A model generated the notes under the pieces. The model was not told where the DNA came from and searched no databases. It saw nothing but the letters and a program-made list of their open reading frames with translations. Source: Octopus vulgaris (taxonomy: Eukaryota). From it: a stretch of 64,000 nucleotides of DNA. A program made the translations under genes and the position numbers. Positions 27,351 to 40,925 of this stretch are shown here, piece by piece. Location: NCBI GenBank assembly GCA_951406725.2, contig OX597815.1, positions 154,442,001 through 154,506,000 of the forward strand. Reading direction: 5' to 3'. How positions within the stretch are numbered: position 1 is the first letter of the stretch; every line of letters starts with the position of its first letter.

Positions 27351-28373
27351 ATAATTATCAGATTAAAAAAAAATTGCTGGTATAGACGCAGACTTTCATG
27401 GCGGTATCCCAGCAATATATATATACACACACACACACATGTATATATATGCGTGTGTGTGTGTGTATATGTGTGTGCGTGTGTACAAATATAAGTAAAC
27501 ATATGTAAGTATATAAATATACGTATGTTCAAACACTCACGCACATATATATGTATATGCGCGTGTGTATTAACTTGCACACACTCATACTCACAAATAC
27601 ACACACACACTTACGCACCCGCATACATACATGCTTGCTCAGTCATATATCATATATTTGCATATATCTGTATCTATGTTTTAGGATATGTCTGCGTGAA
27701 AGATAGAGAGATAGATAGAAAGAGAGAGATTGGGGTGGGGGGACCGTAACCTCGACAAAAATTCGACGTGTTTCGTAGATGAATCTCATAGGAAAAATGT
27801 TTCACTTATGAACATCTCATCTGTTACATCGAATGAATCTAGTAAAAGCAACCCATGATAGTGTCGGCAGAGAGCTCACGTCGATAAATATTCTATCAAC
27901 TCTGCTGATTTTTCAAAGTTCGATTAAATTACTGACGCTTATATGAACGCTGATAATGTCCTTACTGTTACTTCTAATCACATATGTAGGTAGATATTAG
28001 CACCCTTCCCAATTCTTTTGGCATCTCCATACATTTATCAATCACACGCCAGTCAAACGCTTCACACCACCCAAAGAATTGAACTAAAGCAACGACACAC
28101 CTAGGCGTGGGAAAATGAGAATCTGTTTTTTTTTTACTTTAGAAACACAATTTCTGCACCTGTGCACACACGCATACACACACGCAAATATATGTACGCA
28201 CCCTCGCATGCGCGCACAGACTTAGAGATACAAGCACACATACTCACACACTGTCCAGGCTTTTAGATATATGAAACATTGTGTCCAGAGGTGTTCTATA
28301 TTTTTATATAAAGCAGAAAACTATATATATATGTGTGTGCTAAATATCCATCTATCTTGCTGGCTATACATAC

Positions 28374-28429
<56 letters not shown>

Positions 28430-28949
28430 GTTCGTATGTATAATCGGCTCACGATCAGAACATAATGAGTTCGATTCCCGACAGCAACTTTATTTCACGT
28501 CCCTCACACCCACTCAGGTGGCAAAATCTGTACATGTATCAAATGAATAACCGCGATATAATATTTAGTAAATAAAACGAAAATTAATGGCGAGTTCCAA
28601 GTATCACGGCATATATTTCCATAGCATGATTTCTTTCAAATATGAGTCCCTTGCATATATATATAGTTAAATAAGGCTATACAAGGCACGTTCGCAGTTA
28701 TTGGGTTCATGCTGTCATCATACAATGGAAATAGTCCTGCTGTTGGTTATACATCATGAATCCCATACTGTCCGTCGGTATTTCACCATGCGCTGTGCAC
28801 TAGGGATACAACTTTTTGTAACTCCATAGTCCTGTATCATATCCTGATGAGTTTTTGCTAGAAGACAATAAAAATCAATGTTTTTTTTTTTTTGTATTTG
28901 ATCAAAAAAGTCACCCATGACTAACTTTGAAATTTTAATACTTGGTTGC

Positions 28950-31084
28950 ATTTGGGTGTATTTCCAAAAATTAGAACCCTGATAGAATAATAAAACAAAG
29001 TCAAATTAGTCGATAGTCAAGTTGCGACAAGTCTAATAAAGAGAATGAAACACAATGGCAGGTTGGCTTTGTTCTTGTAAGCGGTGCGTGGCTTTTGCAT
29101 GACCTTAATTGCCCGCTCACTGCATTGATTCCTTCTGCTGATGTTTAGTCTTAAGGACACTTGTTTCCAATGATTTGTCAAGAGTTTCAGAGGAGTATTG
29201 TAGGTAGTAAGGCTTGCAATAGCTCTGCATAATCTTCAGCTCTATACAGTTGTTCACTAAACCACTGGTCGGCTCATTCATATGAGATGAACTGGCAGAT
29301 CATATGCAATCTCTAACATGTGGCATGAGGTAAAATGCAAGAAGGGCTAAGATTGCTTGCGAATTCCATCTGACCTTACTGATGTTCGGAATTTTCTGAA
29401 ACTTGATGAAAGCTATGTCACCCTTTTCATGGAAAAACCTGAAGGCACGGGTAAAGTGGAACAGAAACTTCATATCATCTCTGCAACCAGCTTGATCTTC
29501 AATGATGAGTTCCATTCTGGAAGGAGTCTTGGAGTTCTTCATAGCTTGGAGTTCTTCATAACATTTATAGACATAGGAGTGGTTGTGTGGTAAGTAGATT
29601 ACTTACGAACCACATGGTTCTGGGTTAAGTCCCACTGCGTGGCACCTTGGGCAAGTGTATTCTACTATAGCCTCGGGCCGACCAAAGCTTTGTGAAGCCC
29701 GTCCTATATATGTAGATATGTGTGTGTATATGTTTGTGTCTCTCTGTTTGTCTCCCCCCAACATAGCTTGACAACCGATGCTGGTGTTTACGTCCTCGTA
29801 ACTTAGCGGTTCGGCAAAAGAGTTCGATAGAATAAGTACTAGGCTTACAAAGAATAAGTCCTGGGGCCGGTTTGCTCTACTAAAAGCGGTGCTCCAGCAT
29901 GGCAAAAGTCAAATGACTGAAGTAAAATAGTAAAAGTGTAAAAGAGTTCTTTAACAAAACAAAAATTGCTATTTGGTGAATTGCATGCACCTGCTTGCAC
30001 CTGATTCATAGTAATGTGCAGGATTCTATCCAAGACATGGTGTTGGCAGCTCATGAATTGTGGCTTGTCATTGCCTTTACTCAAGAATAGTATCTGCAGT
30101 CTAACCACTATTCCACTCTTTCGTCCTGTATTCACACTCGTCATATCAGCAAGTATCATTGAGATTGCACACAAGTTAAATTCCTCCAAGACCCTTTTCA
30201 ATCCTTCTGTAATGGTCTCAGCCTTGCCATCACACAGCTTCAGAGCAGCCAGCTTGATTTCATTTTCTTCAGTTATGATGACAATCGCTTGATATTTATT
30301 TTCGTCAATATGCAGGCTCCATTTTTTATTGTGTAGCGTATCGATCAAGTGTTTCTTCATTTCATCAGATTTCTTGAACAGTGCATTGTAAATGCCTTGC
30401 TGACTAGGAGCTGGGACATCAATGTCTTCCTCTGACAATTGTTTGCAAATTTTCATAGCTTTGTTTGTAGAGACGTTTGATTCAGTTACAAATCTCGTGC
30501 CAATTGCAGATTTGTTGTGCTTTCTTGTGGAAGACTAAGTGACATCACTATCACTATCATTTTGATCAACTCTGTCATCTTCACCATAATTGTACTCTTC
30601 AAACTCTTCTTGTTCAGAATCACTGTTAGTATCCAGGGCTGTTGAGTTTGATAAAGAGTGGGAGGCTTCAACATCAGGGTATCTTCTCTTGGAAGGATGG
30701 ACAGTGTGCTTCCTTGCAGCTTTGCTTGTCGAATAACTCACTTTGCCTTTGCCTTGGAGTATTGCGCCATTCACCGCGGACTGCGGTGATATTGAACAGT
30801 TCTTTTAATGGCCCAACATTTCCTTTCTTAGTGCATTTGTCATACAAATAAAGCACTCTCTCGAGCTTCAATTTGACTGGAAAATTCAGTTTATCCCTCC
30901 ACAGTAGTGTCACCTCTCTTGATAATTCCTCCACTCCCTCCTTTCCGTCTTTAAGTGATTTCTCAAGAAACTGGTACCGACCAACAATCTCCTTGAGCGG
31001 CATTTGACTTCTGCTGGCTAGTGAGGTTTCTACTACAAGCACATGACCTCTAGATGAATGGGACTTGAACTGCACCAAATACAC
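28950..31084 (-). mobile_element. Decayed hAT-superfamily (hATm-like) DNA transposon
   Basis: Fragmented transposase with WSLHID, LADMTSVNTGRKSG, SCQHHVLDRIL (CxxH), RDDMKFL, KVRWNSQAI (RW) and NQCSERAIKVMQ (catalytic E); interrupted by a SINE. Confidence 0.7.
29575..29945 (+). mobile_element. Near-complete tRNA-derived SINE inserted in the hAT-like transposase
   Basis: Head GGAGTGGTTGTGTGGTAAG...GGTTAAGTCCCACTGCG, CORE-like CCTTGGGCAAGTG, 3' end GGTGCTCCAGCATGG...GTCAAATGACTGAA. Confidence 0.9.
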
Positions 31085-32048
31085 TGTTTAACCACCTGGA
31101 ACCATCCCTGATCTGATCACTGGTACATGCTGGACTATGTTATAACTAGGAACAAAGACTGCAGTGATTTCAGATTCACTAGAACTTACAAAACTCCTAA
31201 GTGTTACTTGGATCACAGAATGTTTCACAGTAAGGTATTTGTTATACTATATGGAAAGAGGCCACTGAAATCCAGTTTACATCCAAGAATAAACGCTGCT
31301 TCTTTAAAAATCCAGAAATGACAAAAACTTTGGAATACGTTTAAATTCAAAGCTTGCAGGAATAGGGAAGTGTCTGAAGAGTTGTGGCACAATATTCGTG
31401 ACAACATCAAAACATCTGTTGAAGTAGTTCTAGGATTTGTGAAACACAAACACCAACAAGGACGATTCTCAAATTAAACCTCTCCTAGAAACTTTGCAGA
31501 AGAGACAAATACTCACCAACATACAAATTCTTATACATCACTAGAAACAGTATGCAGAAAACTGCATGACATGAAAAATTTTGTGGGCAGAAGAAGCCCA
31601 AGAATTGGAACAGACTGCTAACTCTCACAACTTGAGAACACTGTATAACATTCTGAAAAATGTATTTGGTCCCCGAAAAGGTAGTACAGAATCTATTCTC
31701 TCTAACGATGGAACAAAACTCTTAAGAAGGAAAGCTGAAATTCTGAAAAGATGGGCTGAACATTTTAAATCTTGTAGCAAATCAAGAATCCACTACCGAT
31801 GCTGATGTAATCAAAAAATCACCAGTGATCTATAACTGAAGGACCGGTGGAACATCCTTCCTTGGATGAGGTAAGTACTGCCACCAAAAAGCTTTCCAGT
31901 GGTAGAGTTCTTGAACAAGACAATATTCCCATAGAGGTGTACAAGCATGGTAGCAGATAACATGTAAATAACCTGTGCAAAATTGATCTATTTGATCTGG
32001 GAAACTGGATCTGTTCCCCAGAAGTTCAAAGATGCATCTATAATGCAC
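31085..32048 (+). mobile_element. Decayed RTE-clade LINE fragment (endonuclease end to RT start)
   Basis: TWNHP..HWYMLDYVITRNKD, LDHRM, WAEEAQELEQTANSHNLRTLYNILKNVFGP, AEILKRWAEHF, PQKFKDASI. Confidence 0.8.
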
Positions 32049-32059
32049 TCGTATCTCAT

Positions 32060-32392
32060 TCTTTCTCTTCCTCTTTTACTTGTTTCAGTCATTTGACTGC
32101 GGCCACGCTGGAGCACCGCCTTTAGTCGAGCAAATTGACCCCAGGACTTATTCTTTGTAAGCCTAGTGCTTATTTTATCGATTTCTTTTGCCGAACCGCT
32201 AAGTAACGGGGACGTAAACACAACAGACACCGATGGGCTTCTTTCAGTTTCTGTCTACCAAATCCACTCACAAGGCTTAGGTCGGCCCGTGGCTATAGTA
32301 GAAGACATTTGCCTAAGATGCCACGCAGTGGGAGTGAACCCGGAACCATGTGTTTGGTAAGAAAGTTGCTTACTACACAGCCACTCCTGCGC
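32060..32392 (-). mobile_element. SINE, same family as 29575-29945
   Basis: Reverse complement of the family 3' end (TTTCAGTCATTTGACTGCGGCC...) and head (ACACAGCCACTCC). Confidence 0.9.
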
Positions 32393-33049
32393 CTTTGTAT
32401 AAAAACAAAGGGCAGAAGAGTGTATGTAATAATCCACTTTTCCAATAGAAAAATGAATATAATAAAAAAGGATGGAGAAATGTGCTGTTATTGGCAAGCT
32501 AGACTAGTGTAATTTATTTTATTGATATCTGCTGGATTTAAAGGTAAAACTGACTTTCGTAGGATTTGAATTCAGAATGCAGAGGAACATAACTAAATAG
32601 AACAAACCATTTAGTCTGACATTCCATTCTGGGCAGAATTTTTTGAACAACAGTCCTTCAAAGTTCCACACCTTGCGGAAAAGGAAAAGTGAGTTGGAAA
32701 ATTTCCTTAAAATTTCTGTCTTTCACATCCCAGCCCTCAATTTTTTCCTTCTGTATTATTTAGGAAATATCTATTCTGATTCATTGTGTCAGCTGCTTCA
32801 GTTCCACAGGTTTATTATTTCTACCTTAGCTGGACACAAACCTACCAATTACATTACTTGCTCACCAGATGTACGGTTTTACCTCTACATCTCAGGTAGG
32901 GGTGGGGGAGGGGCAAATGCCCAGGTGATTAATAAGTTCACATCATAATCCTGACATGTTAGTGTTGAGATCAATCCAATTCCATCACAACTTGAGCAAG
33001 AATCTTTTAGTCTAGTTTTGGTTTGATCTTTTTCTTTTATCTTCTACCC

Positions 33050-33480
33050 GTGTTGGGTCTGAAAGGACAGTGCTCATGCCCTTCACGGACCATCTAGATT
33101 AGTGATGATAATGATTAATGCCATTAAGGTTTCTTGTGAACCTTCGTAAACCAACATCTGTGGGAAAGATATGAACAGGGAGAGATTTCCTGAGGGACGC
33201 CGCTTTGGGAAGGAAAGACTGAGCATAATGATAAATGTGAGGTCTTATAGGTGGGAGTGGGATGGGGTGGACATAAGAAAGATGATTAAAAGAGAAGAGG
33301 CAAGTAGGATGGATGGAAACGTTTGAGAGGAGGTGAGGTAAGCTCAGCTAGCTGCAAGGAGCAGAAAACATACAGTAACAGTAGAAATGGTATAGAATGG
33401 GGACACAATATTTAGGCATCAGATGATGGCACACATCTGTGAGTGACTTAATAGTTAATCTGTCATGTGACCAAAGCATT
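33050..33480 (-). mobile_element. Highly decayed LINE 3' end (CR1/L2-like)
   Basis: The minus strand weakly resembles a LINE ORF2 C-terminus (FYCY...CS*L...SFPK...NLS); frames are broken. Confidence 0.35.
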
Positions 33481-34230
33481 GGAAATAAAATTGGTTAAAA
33501 AGAAACTGTGTGGAAACCTGCCAAATGAAGTACAACTAATTTAAATAGCCAACCTAGTCTTACACCAAATATGCAATCAATAACAAGGAATGAAGATGCC
33601 TGTGACCCACAGTACCCCAGAGCTCTCCACAGCTCCCTGTGAATAGAATTATTCATCTGATATTTATTTAAGTTTTGTTGCGAATTTCCACAATTTATTC
33701 AGCGAATGGTGTATTTTCTTATTAGTTGAGAAATGTTCAGTTGAAACTCTTGCTATATCCATCATATGTCACGCTAATTCAGTCGCAGAATTACATTAAG
33801 GTTAATTATATATATGGAATACACACATGCATATACACGCAATTACTTACATGCACACATGATATACACACATATACACACGCCCTGACACACACACATG
33901 CACATGCAAACTCAGGGCCACTTACACGTCCTCACACACACGCATACACACATACACGCACCTATAGATCCACACACTCATACGCACATACACACATACA
34001 CACACTCATACGCATATATATATGTACATACACAGATACACACTCATACCCTCATATACGCGCACACACGCTCACACACCCATATGCACATATATATACA
34101 GCCACACACTCGCGTGCCCATACACATGGACGCGTACGGTTAGATTAACACACTCGCACAAGTGTCACCGCATCTCTCTCTCTCACGCACACACACACAT
34201 GCACATACATATTACGTCCACACAAAACCT

Positions 34231-34274
<44 letters not shown>

Positions 34275-34652
34275 CATTAATACACATGTATATATACGCA
34301 TACACACACTCATACTCACGTATAGAGAGACATATATTCCCATTCTCTCATACGCACACATTCAAACACATACAAACACAGCCACACCCACCCATTTACA
34401 CTTACCCCTCGTTTCTCACCTGTCACGAGCGAATCGAATACATAACCTTCTCACTGACTCAAACACTTATACATATATCACTTACATAAATATAAACACA
34501 TACAAACACAAATATTACCACATACACCGACCATCTTCTCATGCTCCTGTCCCAGAAAACCACTTTCGCGATCTCTTTCCACTTCCGGTCATTTGAACAA
34601 TGAAGCAACATATATGCTGTTGGTGATTTTTTTTCTTTCTCTGGATTTTTCT

Positions 34653-34694
34653 GTTTTACTTTCCGACAAAGAACTATGTTCGAAACGTTAAAAA
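34653..34694 (+). ncRNA. Degenerate hammerhead-like motif related to 17390-17427
   Basis: CCGACAA-A-GAAC-UAU-GUUC-GAAA-CG-UU-AAAAC, about 100 bp upstream of a TA tract. Confidence 0.4.
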
Positions 34695-35087
34695 CTCTCT
34701 CTTCTTATCCAGCTTCACATTAACACTCATGTACACGTCCTCTTGTTTTGTTGTTGTACTTTTATTGTTATTTTTAATGTTCAGTTCTTCGTTTTGTCTA
34801 TATATACATATATGAATATGTATATATGGAACAAGCTCGCAACAGGCGACATCAAATCATGCGGAAAGTTTGACGATACGAAAAGGACAGAAAAAAACAA
34901 GTGCGGTTCATTTGGAACTTTCTATCGTCAATCGAGTTCCAGATCGTCGTTGCAGTTTCGGCAGGTTTCACTTGAGACTGCTCCAATGTGGCCGGCCCGA
35001 AGAAAAACTAAGCTAAGGGCACTGAATTCTTTGGAAGAAAGTCAGCGAATGTATACGAAAACAAGGACGAAAGGAGTGAAGAAATGG

Positions 35088-35315
35088 TACGAGCTGGCAG
35101 AAACGTTAGCACGCCGGGCGAAATGCGTAGCTGTATTTCGTCTGCCGTTACGTTCTGGGTTCAAATTCCGCCGAGGTCGACTTTGTCTTTCATCCTTTCG
35201 AGGTCGATAAATTAAGTACCAGTTACGCACTGGGGTCGATATTATCGACTTAATTCGTTTGTTTGTCCTTGCTTGTCCTCTCTGTGTTTAGAACCTTGTG
35301 GGTAGTAAAGAAATA
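35088..35315 (+). mobile_element. tRNA-derived SINE with Deu/Nin-like core
   Basis: GAGCTGGCAGAAACGTTAGC head, B-box GGGTTCAAATTCC, core TTTCATCCTTTCGAGGTCGATAAATTAAGTACC. Confidence 0.9.
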
Positions 35316-35872
35316 GGCACACTATTACAAATAAAAACAACAGGTGTCTTTCAATTAAGGACGAATTAAATTAAGCTGGCGTGTGTGGAAGTGAAACCAT
35401 ACCGCAGAGACATAACGGATGTAAGTCATGGGAAGGAATATAAGAGATGCTATAGGGATGGTAGTCGAATACCAGTCATGTGGAAGAAGGGGAGAGCGGT
35501 ACAGGGCAGAGGGATTGAAAAATTAAGGAAGGACGGGGAAGAGAGAAAGAGGGACGGAATGAGGTAAAAGAGGAGGGAAAGTGATGAGAATGAAGAGAAA
35601 GCCAATAAATGTGTGAGGGGAGAAAGTGGAAAGAACGATGAAAGAGTGAAGGGGGCTAAAAGGAACAGTTAAACGGTGTAACAGAATTTAGATATATATA
35701 CTTACATGCAGGAAACCACATGTCTATGTACACCGCTATACATACACACACACACACACACACACACAGGCGAGCACACACACAGGCGCGCACACACGCA
35801 GGCGCGCACACACACATATATATATATGAAAGAAGGTTTGAAAATCCAACGTTCTTTTAGAAATGTTTATTG

Positions 35873-35913
35873 ACTTGATAGGTTTCACTTTTTTAGAAAA
35901 GATTATCAAAAGT
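35873..35913 (-). ncRNA. Hammerhead ribozyme motif (U3-A8 core) in a putative Penelope-like 3' end abutting a TA tract
   Basis: Minus strand reads ACUU-UUGAUAA-U-CUUUU-CUAA-AAAAG-U-GAAA-CCUA-UC-AAGU. Confidence 0.6.
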
Positions 35914-36204
35914 AAAATGTAAAGCTTTGTATAAGCTCCGTTTTGTGAAGTACTGGTTATCACAAAAGTATTAAAATACAGTTATACGGTCTTTGATAAT
36001 GACATGAGAATTTTAAAAACAGTTTACATGAAAGTATTCAAGAAAGGGACTACAATAAGTATTTTGAGTTCAATAAAAATCATATTTGTTTTGTAGTATT
36101 TATATAAAAAAGGAGATATATTTAAGAATTTACATAAAATTGGAAAGGATCCACTGACCTGTCTGTCTGACATATTCTGTGTTGTGTACAGCTAAAGAAT
36201 GACA

Positions 36205-37530
36205 ACTACTACTCACCACAAGGTATTCGAGCGCATGAAGCCGGACAAAGTTCCAGACCAGACAACATCTCGTTTGAGTTTTTCACACATAGAGGTCCTA
36301 AGCTGAGCAATCATCTGATGCTCCTTATCCTCAAGATTTGAGAAAGCAAGACCCTCGCGAACGACTTACGCGATGCAATTCTCAACACATTCTACAAGAA
36401 GGGAGACCGAGAGGATTGCAAGAAATATCGGGGCATCTCCCTCCTGAGTATTACAAATAAGATCTTCGCCCGTATCCTACTCAATCACCTCCTCATCTCG
36501 CAGAAGACGTCTTCCATGAGTCCCAGTGTTGTTTTCGACCCTCTCGAGGCACATTCGACATAATCATTTATGTCCGCCAACTCCACAAGTATCAAGAACA
36601 ACAACAACCTGTAACGTTCATCTTCTGGGACCTAAAGAAAACCTTTGACAATATGGGCCGCCCTTGCTCGGCTTGGATGTCCGGACTTCATTGCTCTGGT
36701 CCGCTCCCTTCAGGACGTCATGATGGATAGGGCATGCCATCAAAATGCCTTTACAGACCCGTTTCCCATCATTGGGCGTCTTAAGCAAGGATGCGCCCGG
36801 GCACCAACCTGTTTCTCTTTGAACATGGCAGCTATGTTCAACGAAATCCTACTAGATTCGCCTTCCATTAACATGCGCTATCGCCTGGACTCTTTAATCT
36901 CGCACGTCTCCGCGCAAAGACGAGCATCTCCGTCATCTCAGTCGGTGAGATGCAGTATGTCGACGATAATGCCACCCCGAGCCGGACCACAGATGGCCTA
37001 CACAGGGCAGCCAATCTTTACAGCGCGGTTTACGAACGCTTCTCTGATGCAGGTAAACACATTAAAGACTAAGATCCTAATCCAACCTGCACCAGGACAG
37101 AACAGTCCACCCACGAACATTAGCATCAACAGCCAACCCCTGGAAGAAGTTGAACGCTTCTCATACCTTGGGAATATCCTTTCGAAGAACCCCACGTGTG
37201 AAAAGGACGTGGAGAACCGATTAGAGTGGCCCACTCCGCCTTCAGTAGACTCAGCGAACGTATATTGTTCAGTCACGTGCTGACCATCCGGACAAATATC
37301 ATAGTCTTCCGTGCCATTGTCCTGTCAACTGTTCTCTACGTCTGTGAGACTTGGACGCTGAACGGCCGTGACTTCAAGCGCCCCGAATTCTTCTAGTAAT
37401 CCAAGCTACGACAGATCCTCAATATTCGATGGGAAGATCACATTACCATCAACGAGATTCTTCCCCGTGCTTCACTACCAAGCGTCGAACCTACCATTCT
37501 TAGCCATCGTCTCCAGGAAAGCGTGGGAGA
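36205..37530 (+). mobile_element. Decayed RTE-clade LINE reverse transcriptase
   Basis: KGDREDCKKYRGISLLSITNKIFARILL, ESQCCFRPSRGTFD, DLKKTFD, GRLKQGCARAPTCF, MQYVDD, FSYLGNILS, VLYVCETWTL, with frameshifts. Confidence 0.9.
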
Positions 37531-37635
37531 GAGCAGTTAATGGGATTCCGGTGTAGTAGACAATACATAACACGGACTTTGTCTACTGAAAGGAGGTTTT
37601 TCAACATATTATATGCTTTTATTTCCAGTTGTATA

Positions 37636-37850
37636 AGGCGGTGAGCTGGCAGAATCGTTTGCACGGCGGGCAAAATGCTTAGCGGCATTTCGTTTAACCC
37701 TACGTTTTGAGTTCAAATTCCACGGAGGTTGACTTTACCTTTCATCCTTTCGGGGTCGATGAAATAAGTACCACTCAAGTAATGAGAGCAATGTAATCTA
37801 CTAGCATTGCCCCCAAATTTCAGGCATTGTACCTTTAGTAGAAAGGATTA
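37636..37850 (+). mobile_element. tRNA-derived SINE with Deu/Nin-like core
   Basis: Aligns by eye with 35088-35315. Confidence 0.9.
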
Positions 37851-38738
37851 TTAATAACTGTATTTGTGAGGTTCGGGATTTCAAAAGAGAACAATCTATT
37901 TATTTATCTCTCTGTATCCCTCTCTCTCTGTCTCTCTCTCCCTCTCCTCTCACACACATTGTACACAAAGACTCACACATACACACATAATATATATGTG
38001 TATGCATGCGTACGAGTATATGGAATACGTTCATATTTAACATACATACAGCTCAGCTGTCCAAGTCAAAACCTGTTATAAATACCATTTGTATCAGTAA
38101 TTTTCCAGCAATACTTGAAAAGATGTCTATAATGATTGAAACCGTTCTACTGAAGAGAAAACCATAATTATGGTTTGCCCCTTATCCTTATTTACACAAC
38201 GTATCAGATTATACATTCATTGAGTTTGTACATCCATTGAGATTTTCAAAATTTATCCACACAAATGACGCCCCTGGATTGTAGTTGATTTATTCAACAG
38301 AGAATCGAATGCGATAATTTCTCTCGTAGTTCTTTTTATATAATTCTAATCAACTTCATTTCTCTCGAGTAGATGTAAGCATTAGCCAATGAACTGTTTT
38401 CAATTGTCATCGTGTGCTGCCGATAGACTCCCGTAGTTTAATCACAGGTTCAGTTTGCACAGCTGAGTGTCACTGCATGTTTATCAAACACACGCTAACT
38501 CGCTACTGCTGATATTTTTTTTCTTTAATTTACGTAAACTGACAGCGGATGCCAATTATACAAATGAGTAAAGTAACGCCAACGCTCGTAATTGGCAGTA
38601 TCGCTATAAGTATTTTAAAAGTTTATCATTCTTCAGAATGTACACGATAGGACATAGTACACTGGACTATAATAATCAATGGAAATTAACGACGATGTTC
38701 GCGGCCGAGTTTGTTCAGTAGAGAAAGAGTGAGGGAGA

Positions 38739-38780
<42 letters not shown>

Positions 38781-38886
38781 CAGGTGATTTAATTAATGAG
38801 TTTATGTACACAATGAGGTTATAAAAAGACCTCCTGTGAATTAGTCCCAATTTATCCAAATATGCGCATAAACAGTTTCACTATTT

Positions 38887-38925
<39 letters not shown>

Positions 38926-38926
38926 T

Positions 38927-40715
38927 TATTGTTATATTTCGGAATGGTCATATTGCCAGTTTAGCCAATAAAAACACACGCACTATATATTTGGTGTTAT
39001 TTTGCTTCAGTGATATTTATTATTTACATTAATCTTAATCTTATTTCGGCCAAAGTTCTTTCGTCACACTCCTGTGACCGCATCAGTGGTCCTTTGTTTT
39101 CTTCTCACTTACTTGTGTCTCTCCTTACTAACCGTCAGCCATTTTGTATTTCTATTGTATGTCTTCATTTGCGCATGCTTATATCTCTATGTGCGTCTAT
39201 GTTTATTTAGTGTGTGTGTGTGGGGGGGGATGTCTGTAATATTTGTATCTTCTGGTTATATACATTCTTGTAATTTGTATTTTGTTTTTGTTGTTGTTGC
39301 TTTTGTTCTAATTTTGTTCATGTGTTTACTTCCACCCATTATTATCATTACATATGTTTGTATGTATGTATAACAACAATATTAGTAATAATAATAATAA
39401 ATCTAATCGAGAGAAAAAAAAAAAAAAAAAAAGAATATACATATACATATATATATATATATACATACACATACATATACATATATATATATACATATAT
39501 ACACACATATATACACATATACATATACATATATATACACATATACATACACATAGATATTCATTTCTATTTCTTTAATTACCTGTGTATTTATTATGTT
39601 TGCAGGATCCACTATTGTCATATGTTGTGGTGTGCGCTATTGCTCCATTCTAGTTTTCTATTCAGGCTAGGTTTATTTTCTATTATATGTGTAGCTTCTG
39701 TAATTTGTCTAATTGTTGCATCTGTTCTATGTGTGGACAATATCTTAATCTCTATGTTATTGATTGATCCCCCGTGTTCTTGTTCGGCGTGTTGGTACAG
39801 AATCGATGATTCTGTACCAACACATGAACAAGAACACACGGATCAATCAATAACATAAGGATATTGTCCACACATAGAACAGATGCAACAATTAGACAAA
39901 TTACAGAAGCTACACATATAATAGAAATAAACCTAGCCTGAATAGAAAACTAGAATGAGCAATAGCGCACACCACAACATATGACAATAGTGGATCCTGC
40001 AAACATAATAAATACACAGGTAATTAAAGAAATAGAAATGAATATCTATGTGTATGTATATGTGTATATATATGTATATGTATATGTGTATATATGTGTG
40101 TATATATGTATATATATATATGTATATGTATGTGTATGTATATATATATATATGTATATGTATATTCTTTTTTTTTTTTTTTCTCGATTAGATTTATTAT
40201 TATTATTACTAATATTGTTGTTATACATACATACAAACATATGTAATAATAATAATGGGTGGATGTAAACACATGAACAAAATTAGAACAAAAGCAACAA
40301 CAACAAAAACAAAATACAAATTACAAGAATGTATATAACCAGAAGATACAAATATTACAGACATCCCCCCCACACACACTAAATAAACATAGACGCACAT
40401 AAGATATAAGCATGCGCAAATGAAGACATACAATAGAAATACAAAATGGCTGACGGTAGTAAGGAGACACAAGTAAGTGAGAAGAAAACAAAGGACCACT
40501 GATGCGGTCACAGGAGTGTGACAGAAAGAACTTTGGCCGAAATAAGATTAAGATTAATGTAAATAATAAATATCACTGAAGCAAAATAACACCAAATATA
40601 TAGTGCGTGTGTTTTTATTGGCTAAACTGGCAATATGACCATTCCGAAATATAACAATATCTGTTTCAACACACGACTTCACATAAAAAAATCTTGCACA
40701 ACAAATATTTAAACG
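38927..40715. mobile_element. About 1.75-kb palindromic Penelope-like element (arms 38927-39804 and 39808-40659; tail 40660-40715)
   Basis: 3-nt loop at 39805-39807. The left arm (minus) encodes a GIY-YIG-type C-terminus, [13 protein letters not shown]...[34 protein letters not shown]. Hammerhead motif in both arms (39048-39092 minus; 40493-40538 plus). TA flanks. Confidence 0.8.
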
Positions 40716-40724
40716 TATATATAT

Positions 40725-40925
40725 ACTGTTTGACTTGTTTCGGTCATGAGACAACGGACATGCTGGAGCACCGGCTTTAGTCGAAGAAATCAACGACAGG
40801 TTTTATTCTTTGTAAACCCAGTTCTTATTCTAACAGTGTGTTTTGCAATACAGCAAAGTCACGCGGATGTACACACACCAACATCAGATGACAAGTGATG
40901 GTGGGGGTACAAACATAGACAACAA
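40725..40925 (-). mobile_element. Degenerate SINE 3' part (29575 family)
   Basis: CATGCTGGAGCACC...TTATTCTTTGTAA...GTGGGGGTACAAACA. Confidence 0.7.

Noticed and set aside
34830-35080. Hammerhead-like GCAG...CUGC-CGAAA on the minus strand
   Set aside because: No recognisable NUGANNA core or stem I.
38927-40659. Palindrome dismissed outright as an assembly artefact
   Set aside because: The flanks are different unique sequences, the tail is one-sided and both end points are reproduced by the 9672 mini-element; an artefact is still possible but less likely.
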